A stretch of DNA of 28,559 bases from a virus (taxonomy: Duplodnaviria > Caudoviricetes): positions 1-28,559 of the IMG/VR virus record IMGVR_UViG_3300005512_000247. The stretch is one strand, 5' to 3'. Below, piece after piece: positions 21,801-26,921 of this stretch (position 1 is the stretch's first letter; every line of letters starts with the position of its first letter). Under the pieces are notes generated by a model. It did no database searches and was not told the origin of the DNA. It was given only the letters and a program-made list of their open reading frames with translations. The position numbers and the translations under genes were made by a program.

Positions 21801-22672
21801 ATCGTATTAGTCAGTGTTAGGCCAACACTGTCTGTGAAAGATGTACAACCTTCAACCTCTGCAAGATCATAAGCCACTTGCTCGAGATCTTTTATAATAA
21901 TCCTTCCTTTCATTTCTACATTATTACCACTTTGATAAAATAAAATATTTTCAACTGTTGATGAAGAATCGTTGGCAGGAACTTTGAGAGTTACTGTGCC
22001 TTCATCTGTACCATTGTTAGTAACATAAGAATCATCAAATTGATCTGTGGTGCCGGTGCCGTACTGCGTTTTGATGTAAAAAGGATAGCCAGGAGCGTCT
22101 ATATCAAAATTATAAGTGCATCCTTTGTATACAATTATGTCAGGGTTGGTTTGATCAATTTTGTTTGAAAAAGTGTAGCCGGATAACCCACTGTTTGCTA
22201 CGGCGATCGTCGACGAAGTGCCTTCTCCTAACACAAGAGTAATAGGTGATAAATTTTCTGCTATCCAATAATATTGTCTATAGTTTACAAGTTTGTCTGG
22301 ATCGACTGGTGGTGAATATGCATATGATTCCTGCTCCCATAATCTGTCATGTCTAACACCACTGCCACCCTGAGATGCAATTTCATTTACAGCATCAATG
22401 TATTGCGATGCAAAGTCAACATTGTTACCGTCAGAACGGTAAGTTACAGTAGGTTCCAATTGATAATTTTGTCGTTGCGGAGTGCTTTCATCTAGATATA
22501 GATCATTTGATCTGTAAGAAGGACGATAGCGTTGTCCGATGAATGCACTTAATCTATCTAATACCGACGGTTCAATTAACTGGTCGATGGTAGATGTAAT
22601 AAATCTTTTGTTTTTCTCGGTTTGAAAAATTTGCGGCAGTAACTGGGCGCTTGATCTAGTAGATTTGCTCAT
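9866..22672 (-). CDS. Giant multidomain baseplate/virion protein, 4268 aa (gp7-like position)
   Basis: Uninterrupted 12.8-kb ORF coupled to the gp6-like gene by TAATG overlap; LLPQIFQT N-terminus; contains FG-GAP-like blades, three CBM5/12-like modules, G[A/S]GY repeats and GDGST-F repeats. Confidence 0.85.
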   Translation of the reverse strand: MSKSTRSSAQLLPQIFQTEKNKRFITSTIDQLIEPSVLDRLSAFIGQRYRPSYRSNDLYLDESTPQRQNYQLEPTVTYRSDGNNVDFASQYIDAVNEIASQGGSGVRHDRLWEQESYAYSPPVDPDKLVNYRQYYWIAENLSPITLVLGEGTSSTIAVANSGLSGYTFSNKIDQTNPDIIVYKGCTYNFDIDAPGYPFYIKTQYGTGTTDQFDDSYVTNNGTDEGTVTLKVPANDSSSTVENILFYQSGNNVEMKGRIIIKDLEQVAYDLAEVEGCTSFTDSVGLTLTNTINVQVTAGGTSAYTNKKFFIDGVGEHITFTDIDTHEVPEPYGTDTTEVWDKDGTSGFDTTGFDNSISRSTKPDYWTINRASQDLNAWTRANRWVHIDAIKLTEQKLNTVIALSEEIRAKRPIVEFLPNLELFNHGNNGRLIDVIDNETTDALSKVQGEEGYFADGTELRKGDLVAFTNDPTQQRRIFEVDFVQVANQVDSTTVIQLILTESFIADEMLSVTARRGNNKGKTYHIENGVWKQSQQKTKVQQKPKFDVYDNDHASLGNLNKYVSSNFTGSTLFEIATDTQGTPDTVYGQTVIYDKLGLINDLRINDTFNSGTFQYVDDGVIVEQNIRQYHFHRYLKGSVRHISLNNWKKFAVKNSQKIVKSYQSEIEQHYFEVDHYKKASSLSDLEIQVLLNGINYTAYALETINNRLYVKTTDIIEPSDIITVKAHSTVGEPTGEGFYELPVSLQRNSLNKNFTKFTLGDISKHYRLAVDEMSDFEGAVQGVNNSRDLDKVFDHGSLIMQHSGSDPLAHILIKDDVVNLAKAMRHSGREYEKLKQNLITRFNEISLDGTAEENLERLFELINENKTSTMAFYDTDMIGISNDKNVLNYTVVDDNVVNYPLSAPHSLTSLSKRAVYVYLNDSQLLFGEDYEFTSVDDSSNQDGIEIKTSLSVNDKIKIVEYNSTDGCFVPATPAKLGLAPKFEPIKFKDDTFQTTDGLGLDVIRGHDGSITVAYGDSRDDVLLEFERKIFNNIKIDYDEEVVNINYGFFRSNEYTNKELLDLFARDFYTWTGTYGVDYTTNDIYDASNDFTWNYSKYVNSIDNTVLPGHWREIYRQWFDTEYPHKFPWQIFGFMFKPSWWDERYGSAPYTRGNLLLWKDVEQGFIARGERAGYYSKYAKPGVLNTLPVTDTGALAPPTNAGIIGQSTVLDRDQSANWKYGDGGPAESAWKRSSSYRFAEQVAKFFAKPGRYAGLFVDSSRVSKNIMDQFVYNDLYRQSPNDIVLPIGSTQTSGWINVVSDYVKHLGYNAATYIADRFGNISVQLSYKLGGFTNKDNLQVAVGSVSPQSTSKGVFLPQEDFDILLYKSAPVVTANYSGVIVQNTATGYKVSGYANYNRTFEYFAPKKYNDFNIINVGATTDSFVEWQAGGFYTQGSIVRQAGVFYRALSDVSSGQTFNEAQWSEIGTTLPLKGGVSVKKYKNYEPTTTVVPYGTEFKNAQEVADFLFGYSRHLENQGFIFDNFVSELQNPADWQLSVKEFLFWTTQNWNSNAVITLSPAAQSLKFQKENTIGDDLTDTDQYYTVLQQDGLPINPSNFTTKRQDGVFELITNPVEDGIYNADIRAVQKEHVILLNNTSQFKDVIFDEVLGNRQDRVKLVGFRTANWNGDLYAPGYVIDQAKLKVWSPYTDYKIGESLTHQSQAYVVIANHTSEENFSPKFYRLKEETPTKQMLPNWDAKAEAFRDFYSLDSDNFDAEQQRYAQHLIGYQQRDYMNDLGLEELTQFKFYQGMLREKGTVSPIQKFKSQPQSGQNNSFDLFEEYAFRVGEYGGHRTQQDFAFTVDESKHRKPKYIYNITANKQQDTQTILSVGQNNGDLFIKPYAFTGDPIQTLSYSDHANTVQSIFSYPVAGYVLPSQVSQTVYNEAELLDLDVNSITEGHTIWIANTTTGDWDVKRFNSLNTSTESYKQFDSILQITTKEPHGIEANDYVVITGVNESINGIYQASVSDSTDNDKTFSVEFDGTFDSTNSVGSVGVLKSIRINSMDDIDIITPDKGFAIGDYVYVDNNYQLQYPNNGLWKVYQKSQSTDYLKTDNDFSSEEEANGELGTAVAVSTDNLYLATSAPGVNKVFVYLKGTSSESFRLRNDITLDIGNTDASDRFGQALAITANGNRLFASSHTTSDIVKLTLSSTDREFVRGTVITGADTGAQGKILDVDWDNDIIWVKVTTSVNFGNEPLDIGDSSSVLTITAVTGSDAVSQGAVHWINRDARLSFGINQTIVSPDVDQGGQFGFAVSVSGDGTYLAVGSPGSPDDSASAERGTVFVFKYTDGRYDIHQTLIPDADSQIGSRFGDTVAFAQDGQTLVIGSPKYDNDSTSSNEGRVYVYRLKNDTFYQNETLQPDTNFDYEFGTSIALSETGTDLLVGAPKFSDTEQVEGAVYHYVNQSTTFTADGSTTAFTVDYTIDHSYNISVFVGNENFSFNDGNDSSTTNFYRVDGSTNTVTLSTAPASGQSITVSQYGFNDTIKSKKPQVNQGFGQSVALQNNTLVVQSVRGDSRLNMTFDRFLQDGSTSIGNTTFDQNTTLFVDMQDDSGQVEIFNKLNTQFKFVQKIEPNQTLGTGADYGSALALASTFVYVGAPLLNTSLNTSGRLFTYNKASEGLGWNTVQTQPNLVDVHKINKTFLYSKTNGALLQNIPFLDPAKGRLFPEIQQNIDYITKFDPASYSAWDEDHIGEIWLDIGTFKFIWYEQGSLDDRLVNWGKLHPNSAVSVKQWTSSDIKPQQYNALSGTNEGTSLGITGQAQESFVTKRIFDSNKSKFVEKYFFWVANGFSVAENKSVSSQQIARAIEDPTSFSQNYAAFTDTKSVLLNLDRRLLSNDAVAFKFENTTDAEQLPKHTEHVLIAKGDQNSAIPQYLTDKFFDSLIGFTKSGRTVPDVSQPEGLRYGNLNRPRQSWYKDRVSALKIIVQFINDKFLAKPYATTKDLSKLNKVDPLPSATLGEYDISVDTDTDLAYVNTAEIDQGYKILVLADSTSANGWAVYEWSGTSWNRTSQQTYDTRNYWSFADWYAEGYDRTIVADYVVNDERTRLNTQYARGDVVKVKSSYDGEFRFYEKTASAWNTIGIENGTIQLSTGLYDYANNQIGFGADAYGSALYDAEAVTELRNILEAILSFAVDEDAVLYNQLFFLGVRIAQLENKQIDWVFKTSFVKAVNTYSDLEQLREFQIETSDAINQFLREVLPFKTTVREDITAYNNQDNFAGDITDFDNRSYYDKVSELYVAPSVNQNDSTQPAIYETNPWKQYAENYKYTVGAIVVDNQGAGYTEPPVVTITGGGGIGAKAVAILGDGKVASITVTNQGSGYVSTPTVTLAGGGGSSVTVSATAHAELLNNKIRSFDTEIKFDRVNTLKSTQNNAIVNWTKFTNYTAGQNIRYLNEIYRVEESFTSGNTFEENVLLSDSSSIANTNPIKKWTATDRINAFYDPTAGMAGLIGDGSTTINAYSQLMDGIEYPGVKVSGLSFTGSTGYDLTGFDDTQYDTNIVVADAGAPKNLEQVLDSRTFTTDLGTRPEDINVVGDAFISEYSAHAPEEVLPGGVYDTMDLKVYTRQTDNASNIFKKNYSGDGNTKIFATPQVGSVDGLRVFVNNNFRKRDIDYTVDHLNNTITFITAPTVNDIISITVIQVSTSGLLGEQSFVGDGTTDTFNMNINFDLVTQSYVLVNGVKTTVTLEKNIVNTDVVFSSPPAVNADIQIFLFDVADGTKAFSEVVTTEYTNINTDSTEFQIQIDPISLITGPYHQKVIVEGVSGSDKSNRYRLEPPQVAYYEGDGSTSVFLVPTEPVNSDLANITDTEVWLNGVQLDASTDFAIATNLEGRKVVTMTNTPNDGDVIAVVFKSGHDYELDGTGKLVLKSGWNDDSSIDAERVFVTTFSNHDTQSLRTELFLGSLGTVTISSIERGSISDAVLTSQDLGDLSVSVPPDEDFGFVEGSVFSAGVVARRYRLSATPLNTGYVFLSVNKRYLTANIDYVLVGNEIFLPDRNLTNSDVITITYVAGAVQKKAIGYRIFKDILNRYHYKRIATAHSTKLMTSIDKDSTEIVVEDASVLGNPDRTSNTPGVVFIGKERIAYFEKDGNTLKSLFRGTLGTAIQSHDKGIKVVDAGAVQNIPYEDTTTTTTYTGDGSTVSFALAYVPASKQDIVVYVGGSKTTDFTVGSDSSSAIVFTVAPANGVQINVIKKTGAVWYDQGATSPSNGLGLQQATGVEVLFLQDKSTDISLF
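10000..11850 (-). repeat. C-terminal GDG[S/T/N]T-x(2)-F beta-sandwich repeats in the giant protein
   Basis: YSGDGNTKIF, FVGDGTTDTF, YEGDGSTSVF and YTGDGSTVSF, each followed by V[F/L/W/Y][V/L][N/G]...F/M...P...I.[I/V]; another copy (FTADGSTTAF) near 15130-15345. Confidence 0.75.
12540..12750 (-). repeat. Two NQG[A/S]GY...P.VT..GGGG repeats
   Basis: IVVDNQGAGYTEPPVVTITGGGG and ITVTNQGSGYVSTPTVTLAGGGG, a repeat type common in baseplate proteins of marine T4-like phages. Confidence 0.75.
14715..16370 (-). repeat. Seven FG-GAP-like repeats (beta-propeller)
   Basis: ELGTAVAV..LATSAP, RFGQALAI, QFGFAVSV..LAVGSP, RFGDTVAF..LVIGSP, EFGTSIAL..LLVGAP, GFGQSVAL, DYGSALAL..VYVGAP. Confidence 0.8.
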
Positions 22673-25600
22673 TAGTAGTAACCTCCACTAGACGAACTTG
22701 TTGAAGTTCCCGAGGAACCGGAAGTCGCCACAGTGGCTGTTACTGAGCTGGTTGAGGTTGTTGCCACATCGGCGCTGGTTACCACTGTGCCTGTTGCTTT
22801 GAGTTTTTCTGCAGACAATGTGTTAATGATTTCAACATTGTCAACAGTGGCTGATGAAATAAAAATTTCGTTGTCTTCAGCAAAAACTTGGAACAACGAG
22901 CCAAACCCTGATGTTGATTGAGCAGGTACAATTACAACACTCAATAAATCCGGAGATAACTGGTTGTGTATGTAGGCAGCTAATTCTGTAAAATAAAAAG
23001 TATCTCCAAAATCCCAAAAATTTAATTGAAAATATGTATCAATAGCAGAAATTACTCGCGATTTGATTTGATTGTCACTGACCGATGTTGAAGGGTTTTT
23101 GACTACCTTAAATTGTGCTTGCAGGTTTGTATCTGCGCCTGGGCCAAATAATAACTTGTACACTCCTGGATTAAAAATAATTTCGTCACTGATGGATTTG
23201 ATACCATCCAAAGAAGCAAGATATTGATCTTCTAGATCAAAAATTGTTGGTGCATCTGGTTTGACCGTTGACTGATTATTCCTCAACCATGTGCGTAGTG
23301 ATTGGTCATATGTTTTTGTAATTACATACACGTCAACAATGTTTGACACGCTTGGATCTATTCTTCTTGATCGTATGGCACCGTGATTGTAGTTGTACAC
23401 AAGGTCTTGTCTGCCCAATTTTGCTGTGTAACCAGTGACATTTGTAGCGGTATCTGTGTCTGCATCATATTGTTGAAATGTGTTCGTACCCCAAAAATAA
23501 AACAATTGATTATCTGGGTATACAGAAAAGTCATCTATGTCTGATACCTGTTGTACCACCACAAAATTTGTTTGATCTACAACATTGAGTTGATCAAATC
23601 CTTCTACAGTTACTGATTGGAAAAATACAAATTTATCATTTTTGTTTATGTCAGGATCAACAATCGTTGTAAACAGATCAGGATTGTCCACTATGCCGTC
23701 ATCGTCTGAGTCGAAAAATCCTACCTTTATTTTTCGTGTGTCGTTGTATCCGTCATCACCTGTTACATTGCCTACGATTTGCCAATCATAATCATATGTC
23801 AAGCTGGATGAAAAATTAGAATCAGAATTGGTTTTAGAAATCCTGATTTTATCTTTGATTGCATATCCTGTTTGTGGATCTACAACTTTTGCTGATGGGT
23901 CAAAATAAAATTTATTACGTGACTGAGATTCAAACAAATATTCTGTGCTTCTGTGTGTTACTGTATAACTGACACCATTGGTTTCAAAATTGAACAGCCA
24001 AGAATTGTCAAGATTGGCTCCTGTGGTATCACCTTGGAATGACAAGTCGAACGAACCAGATCCCAAATCATCTTCTGCAATCACAGACCATGTTTGTGTG
24101 AGTGTGTTGAATGTGAGTCCAAAATTTTTATAATTGACAACATTGTCAATGATAGCAGTCTTTAGTGTGTCTGACACAGAGTCAACAAACGCAGGAATGA
24201 TTTCTGCCAGTTGTGCATCATTGGGCACGAGATCATTGAGCACGATTGGTCCGGTGCCATCTGAAAGATTGCCTAAACCACCATTAGATCCATCAGTGAC
24301 GATTGTGACTGGAGTGGTCCATATCACATCAGCCGAACCTGGATGCCCACCAGCACCAGTCATCTGTGTGCCACTCTTTGGCATAAAGTGATTGCCTGCT
24401 GTTGGCACAAATTTTAAAAGTGCTCCTTCTGTTACAAATCTCAGATTTGATGTCACTGAACTTCCAACACTCAGTGGTCCAATATTTTTAAAATAACCAG
24501 TCACTTGATTGGTTGTTTGTGTGGTTTTGTTCCACAATGTGTTAGCAGGTGGTTCCGATCTTGCAAAATTTTTGTAATAAAACTGCTTTAATTCTGGCGA
24601 TGTTAACACATCAGACAGTGTGGTGTTGATGATTTTTTCAACATCGTCTGCTGTGGTGAATTGAAAATCAAATGTAGAGGAACCTTCTTCAAGATACAAC
24701 CATCCGTCATCTGCTAAAATGTTTGTCTGTGAATACACACCAGACGGATCAGTGACATCTAAAAATCTTGAAATTCCTGATGCTGTTCTCACTTGTGATT
24801 TGATTTTTGCGATTGACTGATTCTGTGTAATCGGTAGGATCTGATAGTCCTCCGCACTGATCATTCTATTGTTGGTATAATAAGTCTGTGGCGCTTGCAC
24901 TTTGATATCTTGTATAGTTTGTGAGCTGGATGCGTTGGTGACCGCCGAAGTCAAAGATGCTGAAACTGTGAGTGTGTTAAGTTGTCCATTTTTGCTCACA
25001 TAATCAAAAGCAATATTAATGTTTTGCATGTCAGCGGCATTTATGTTGTAACTCAATCCGTTGCTCTGTCTGTAAAAACATCTGAAATTGCCTTGTGGAA
25101 GATTTCCGTACACACCATCTGAAAACACAAGATCAATCTGATCATTTGTTTTGGTCACAACAGCAAATTGATTTGTGATGTTATTTTGCAATTGATTGTA
25201 AATGATATTATTGCCTGTGATAGCCGGCACTTTGGTCCATCGTTGTTCTACAACTCCGTTTTGATCAAGTTTGAATAAAAACACATCATCATTGTTGATG
25301 TTGTTTTCTGTGATGCTAACCACAGTGTTTGGTGCTGTGTTTGTGATTACAAAATCTTGTGAAGCAAGTGTGCCTTGTCTAAAATGCAAAAAGTAACCTG
25401 AATTGTTGGATCCGAATCCTCTGTTGTCATTTCTGTACAACAGTGTCATAGAATTTCCTGGCACTGGAGCTTCTTCATACACAAATGACTCATTTGCAAA
25501 AGAACAAGGCACAATTTCAAAGTTCATGTTGATGCCGTTGATCGGCTGACTGAATGGCACTGTGGCAAGTCCTAGATTTGAACCATTGATGCGATACAGT

Positions 25601-26154
25601 TGAGACTGAATGCCTCCTATCACAGCGCTCAATTCTGGTTTGTTGACAATTTGATTTTTTGGTAGGGAGGCATTGATCACAGCATTGAATTGATCTTGCC
25701 AGTTGTCATTGGTCAAATCATTCCACAGTATAGATGTGTTGGCAATGTTTTGTCCATTGGTGTCGATGACATTTTCTGTGGTGGACACCGAAGTGATTTT
25801 TAAAAAACCTGATGCAGACACAGTTCGCTTGGGTTGATATGATATCAATCGTGCCAATCTCAGCACAGATTCTTTTCTTTCAGCCAAATCAATGAAATTT
25901 TCTCTTGCATTGAGATCAACTCTGTAGGAAATAGACTGTGCCACATAGGCAATCATATCTATGAGTGCAACATATTCTGATGACTCGATAAAGTCATTGA
26001 ATGATTCGGGATAATTTAACTGTAGATAATCAATCAGTGTACGTCGTATGGTGTCAAAATCATAGGATTTGAAATCAGCTTGTTGAAATGTACGATAAAT
26101 TTTTTGCCACACTGTATTGGCCAGTAAAGTGTTCTGTCGGGTGTTAGAAGCCAT
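22672..26154 (-). CDS. gp6: Baseplate wedge subunit, T4 gp6-like, 1160 aa
   Basis: DFDTIRRTLIDYL...FNDFIESS...LIDMIAY...ENFIDLAERKESVLRLARLISYQPKR and F.DGVYG..P...IKVQAP..Y....RMISAEDY are gp6/baseplate-J motifs; follows gp25. Confidence 0.9.
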   Translation of the reverse strand: MASNTRQNTLLANTVWQKIYRTFQQADFKSYDFDTIRRTLIDYLQLNYPESFNDFIESSEYVALIDMIAYVAQSISYRVDLNARENFIDLAERKESVLRLARLISYQPKRTVSASGFLKITSVSTTENVIDTNGQNIANTSILWNDLTNDNWQDQFNAVINASLPKNQIVNKPELSAVIGGIQSQLYRINGSNLGLATVPFSQPINGINMNFEIVPCSFANESFVYEEAPVPGNSMTLLYRNDNRGFGSNNSGYFLHFRQGTLASQDFVITNTAPNTVVSITENNINNDDVFLFKLDQNGVVEQRWTKVPAITGNNIIYNQLQNNITNQFAVVTKTNDQIDLVFSDGVYGNLPQGNFRCFYRQSNGLSYNINAADMQNINIAFDYVSKNGQLNTLTVSASLTSAVTNASSSQTIQDIKVQAPQTYYTNNRMISAEDYQILPITQNQSIAKIKSQVRTASGISRFLDVTDPSGVYSQTNILADDGWLYLEEGSSTFDFQFTTADDVEKIINTTLSDVLTSPELKQFYYKNFARSEPPANTLWNKTTQTTNQVTGYFKNIGPLSVGSSVTSNLRFVTEGALLKFVPTAGNHFMPKSGTQMTGAGGHPGSADVIWTTPVTIVTDGSNGGLGNLSDGTGPIVLNDLVPNDAQLAEIIPAFVDSVSDTLKTAIIDNVVNYKNFGLTFNTLTQTWSVIAEDDLGSGSFDLSFQGDTTGANLDNSWLFNFETNGVSYTVTHRSTEYLFESQSRNKFYFDPSAKVVDPQTGYAIKDKIRISKTNSDSNFSSSLTYDYDWQIVGNVTGDDGYNDTRKIKVGFFDSDDDGIVDNPDLFTTIVDPDINKNDKFVFFQSVTVEGFDQLNVVDQTNFVVVQQVSDIDDFSVYPDNQLFYFWGTNTFQQYDADTDTATNVTGYTAKLGRQDLVYNYNHGAIRSRRIDPSVSNIVDVYVITKTYDQSLRTWLRNNQSTVKPDAPTIFDLEDQYLASLDGIKSISDEIIFNPGVYKLLFGPGADTNLQAQFKVVKNPSTSVSDNQIKSRVISAIDTYFQLNFWDFGDTFYFTELAAYIHNQLSPDLLSVVIVPAQSTSGFGSLFQVFAEDNEIFISSATVDNVEIINTLSAEKLKATGTVVTSADVATTSTSSVTATVATSGSSGTSTSSSSGGYY

Positions 26155-26160
26155 ATAGAA

Positions 26161-26192
26161 TATTTATTGCAATCAAAAAGTGTGTAGTTAAT
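26161..26192 (-). promoter_or_regulatory. Putative late promoter ATTAAC-N20-TAAATA
   Basis: AATAAATA-TTCTAT-ATG(26154); ATTAAC at 26192-26187 overlaps the gp25 stop. Confidence 0.65.
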
Positions 26193-26652
26193 AAGTTGAG
26201 GTAGAAGCAGGAGAAATTTGCCCAGGACCTTGCAAAAGTCCTTGATCATTATCAAACAAAAGGTTGATGGTTTCACGAATGGCATACCCAATGTACAACA
26301 CAGTCATCTTTACCTGCAGCCCTTGTTCGTATTCCTGCACTTCAATCTGATCAAGTGTGACTCTGGGATCATAGTTGACCACTTGTTCAACTTCACTGAT
26401 CACAGCATTTTTAGTATCATCATCCAGCGGATCAAACAGATACAACCAAATGTTGGTGCCAAAATCAGGATTTTCCAACTTTTCGCCTTTGCGTATGTTG
26501 AAGTGATTGAGCAGATCCTGTTTGACCAATTCAACATCATACAGTTTGGCATCTTGGAATTCCCTGCCTTGTGTGGAAAAACCTTTGAACAACTGTGTTT
26601 GTTGAGACGTTCTTGTGGTACGTTTTTGATCTTTAAAATTTACTATCGCCAT
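26188..26652 (-). CDS. gp25: Baseplate wedge subunit, gp25-like
   Basis: DVELVKQDLLNHFNIRKGEKLENPDFGTNIWLYLFDP...YDPRV is the GPW/gp25 signature. Confidence 0.93.
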   Translation of the reverse strand: MAIVNFKDQKRTTRTSQQTQLFKGFSTQGREFQDAKLYDVELVKQDLLNHFNIRKGEKLENPDFGTNIWLYLFDPLDDDTKNAVISEVEQVVNYDPRVTLDQIEVQEYEQGLQVKMTVLYIGYAIRETINLLFDNDQGLLQGPGQISPASTSTY

Positions 26653-26657
26653 CAGTG

Positions 26658-26663
26658 TATTTA
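26658..26663 (-). promoter_or_regulatory. Putative late promoter core TAAATA overlapping the PAAR stop codon
   Basis: ATTAAATA-CACTG-ATG(26652). Confidence 0.5.
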
Positions 26664-26921
26664 ATCTCCTACAAACACATCAGATGATCCTGTTGCGGCA
26701 TCGCCACATGTGGCTAAATCGCCTGCGTTGCACACAGCAACACCTCCCACAAACACATTGTTGGAGCCTGCTATCATTGTTGCCGCGTCATGAGGAGATA
26801 CTCCATGTCCTACAACTGCATCGCCATCCACAATCACTTCTTCACCGTTGGCGAACACTGTTGACTGGCTTGGAATCAAATCTCCCACAGCTGTGTCGTT
26901 GTCTCTGCAAATTCCTGGCAT
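26661..26921 (-). CDS. gp5.4: PAAR-repeat spike tip protein (T4 gp5.4-like)
   Basis: 86 aa with S.TVFANG, GSNNVFVGG, GDLATCG and GSSDVFVG repeats plus His/Cys ligands; directly after gp5 (TAATG overlap). Confidence 0.9.
   Translation of the reverse strand: MPGICRDNDTAVGDLIPSQSTVFANGEEVIVDGDAVVGHGVSPHDAATMIAGSNNVFVGGVAVCNAGDLATCGDAATGSSDVFVGD

Noticed and set aside
9866-22672. Intein or intron in the 12.8-kb ORF
   Set aside because: No intein splice-junction or LAGLIDADG/HNH motifs noticed and the frame is continuous; length is explained by structural modules.
5089-26172. Sigma54 promoter suggested by TTGC in three promoter spacers
   Set aside because: No GG at the -24 position and the distance to TAAATA is inconsistent.
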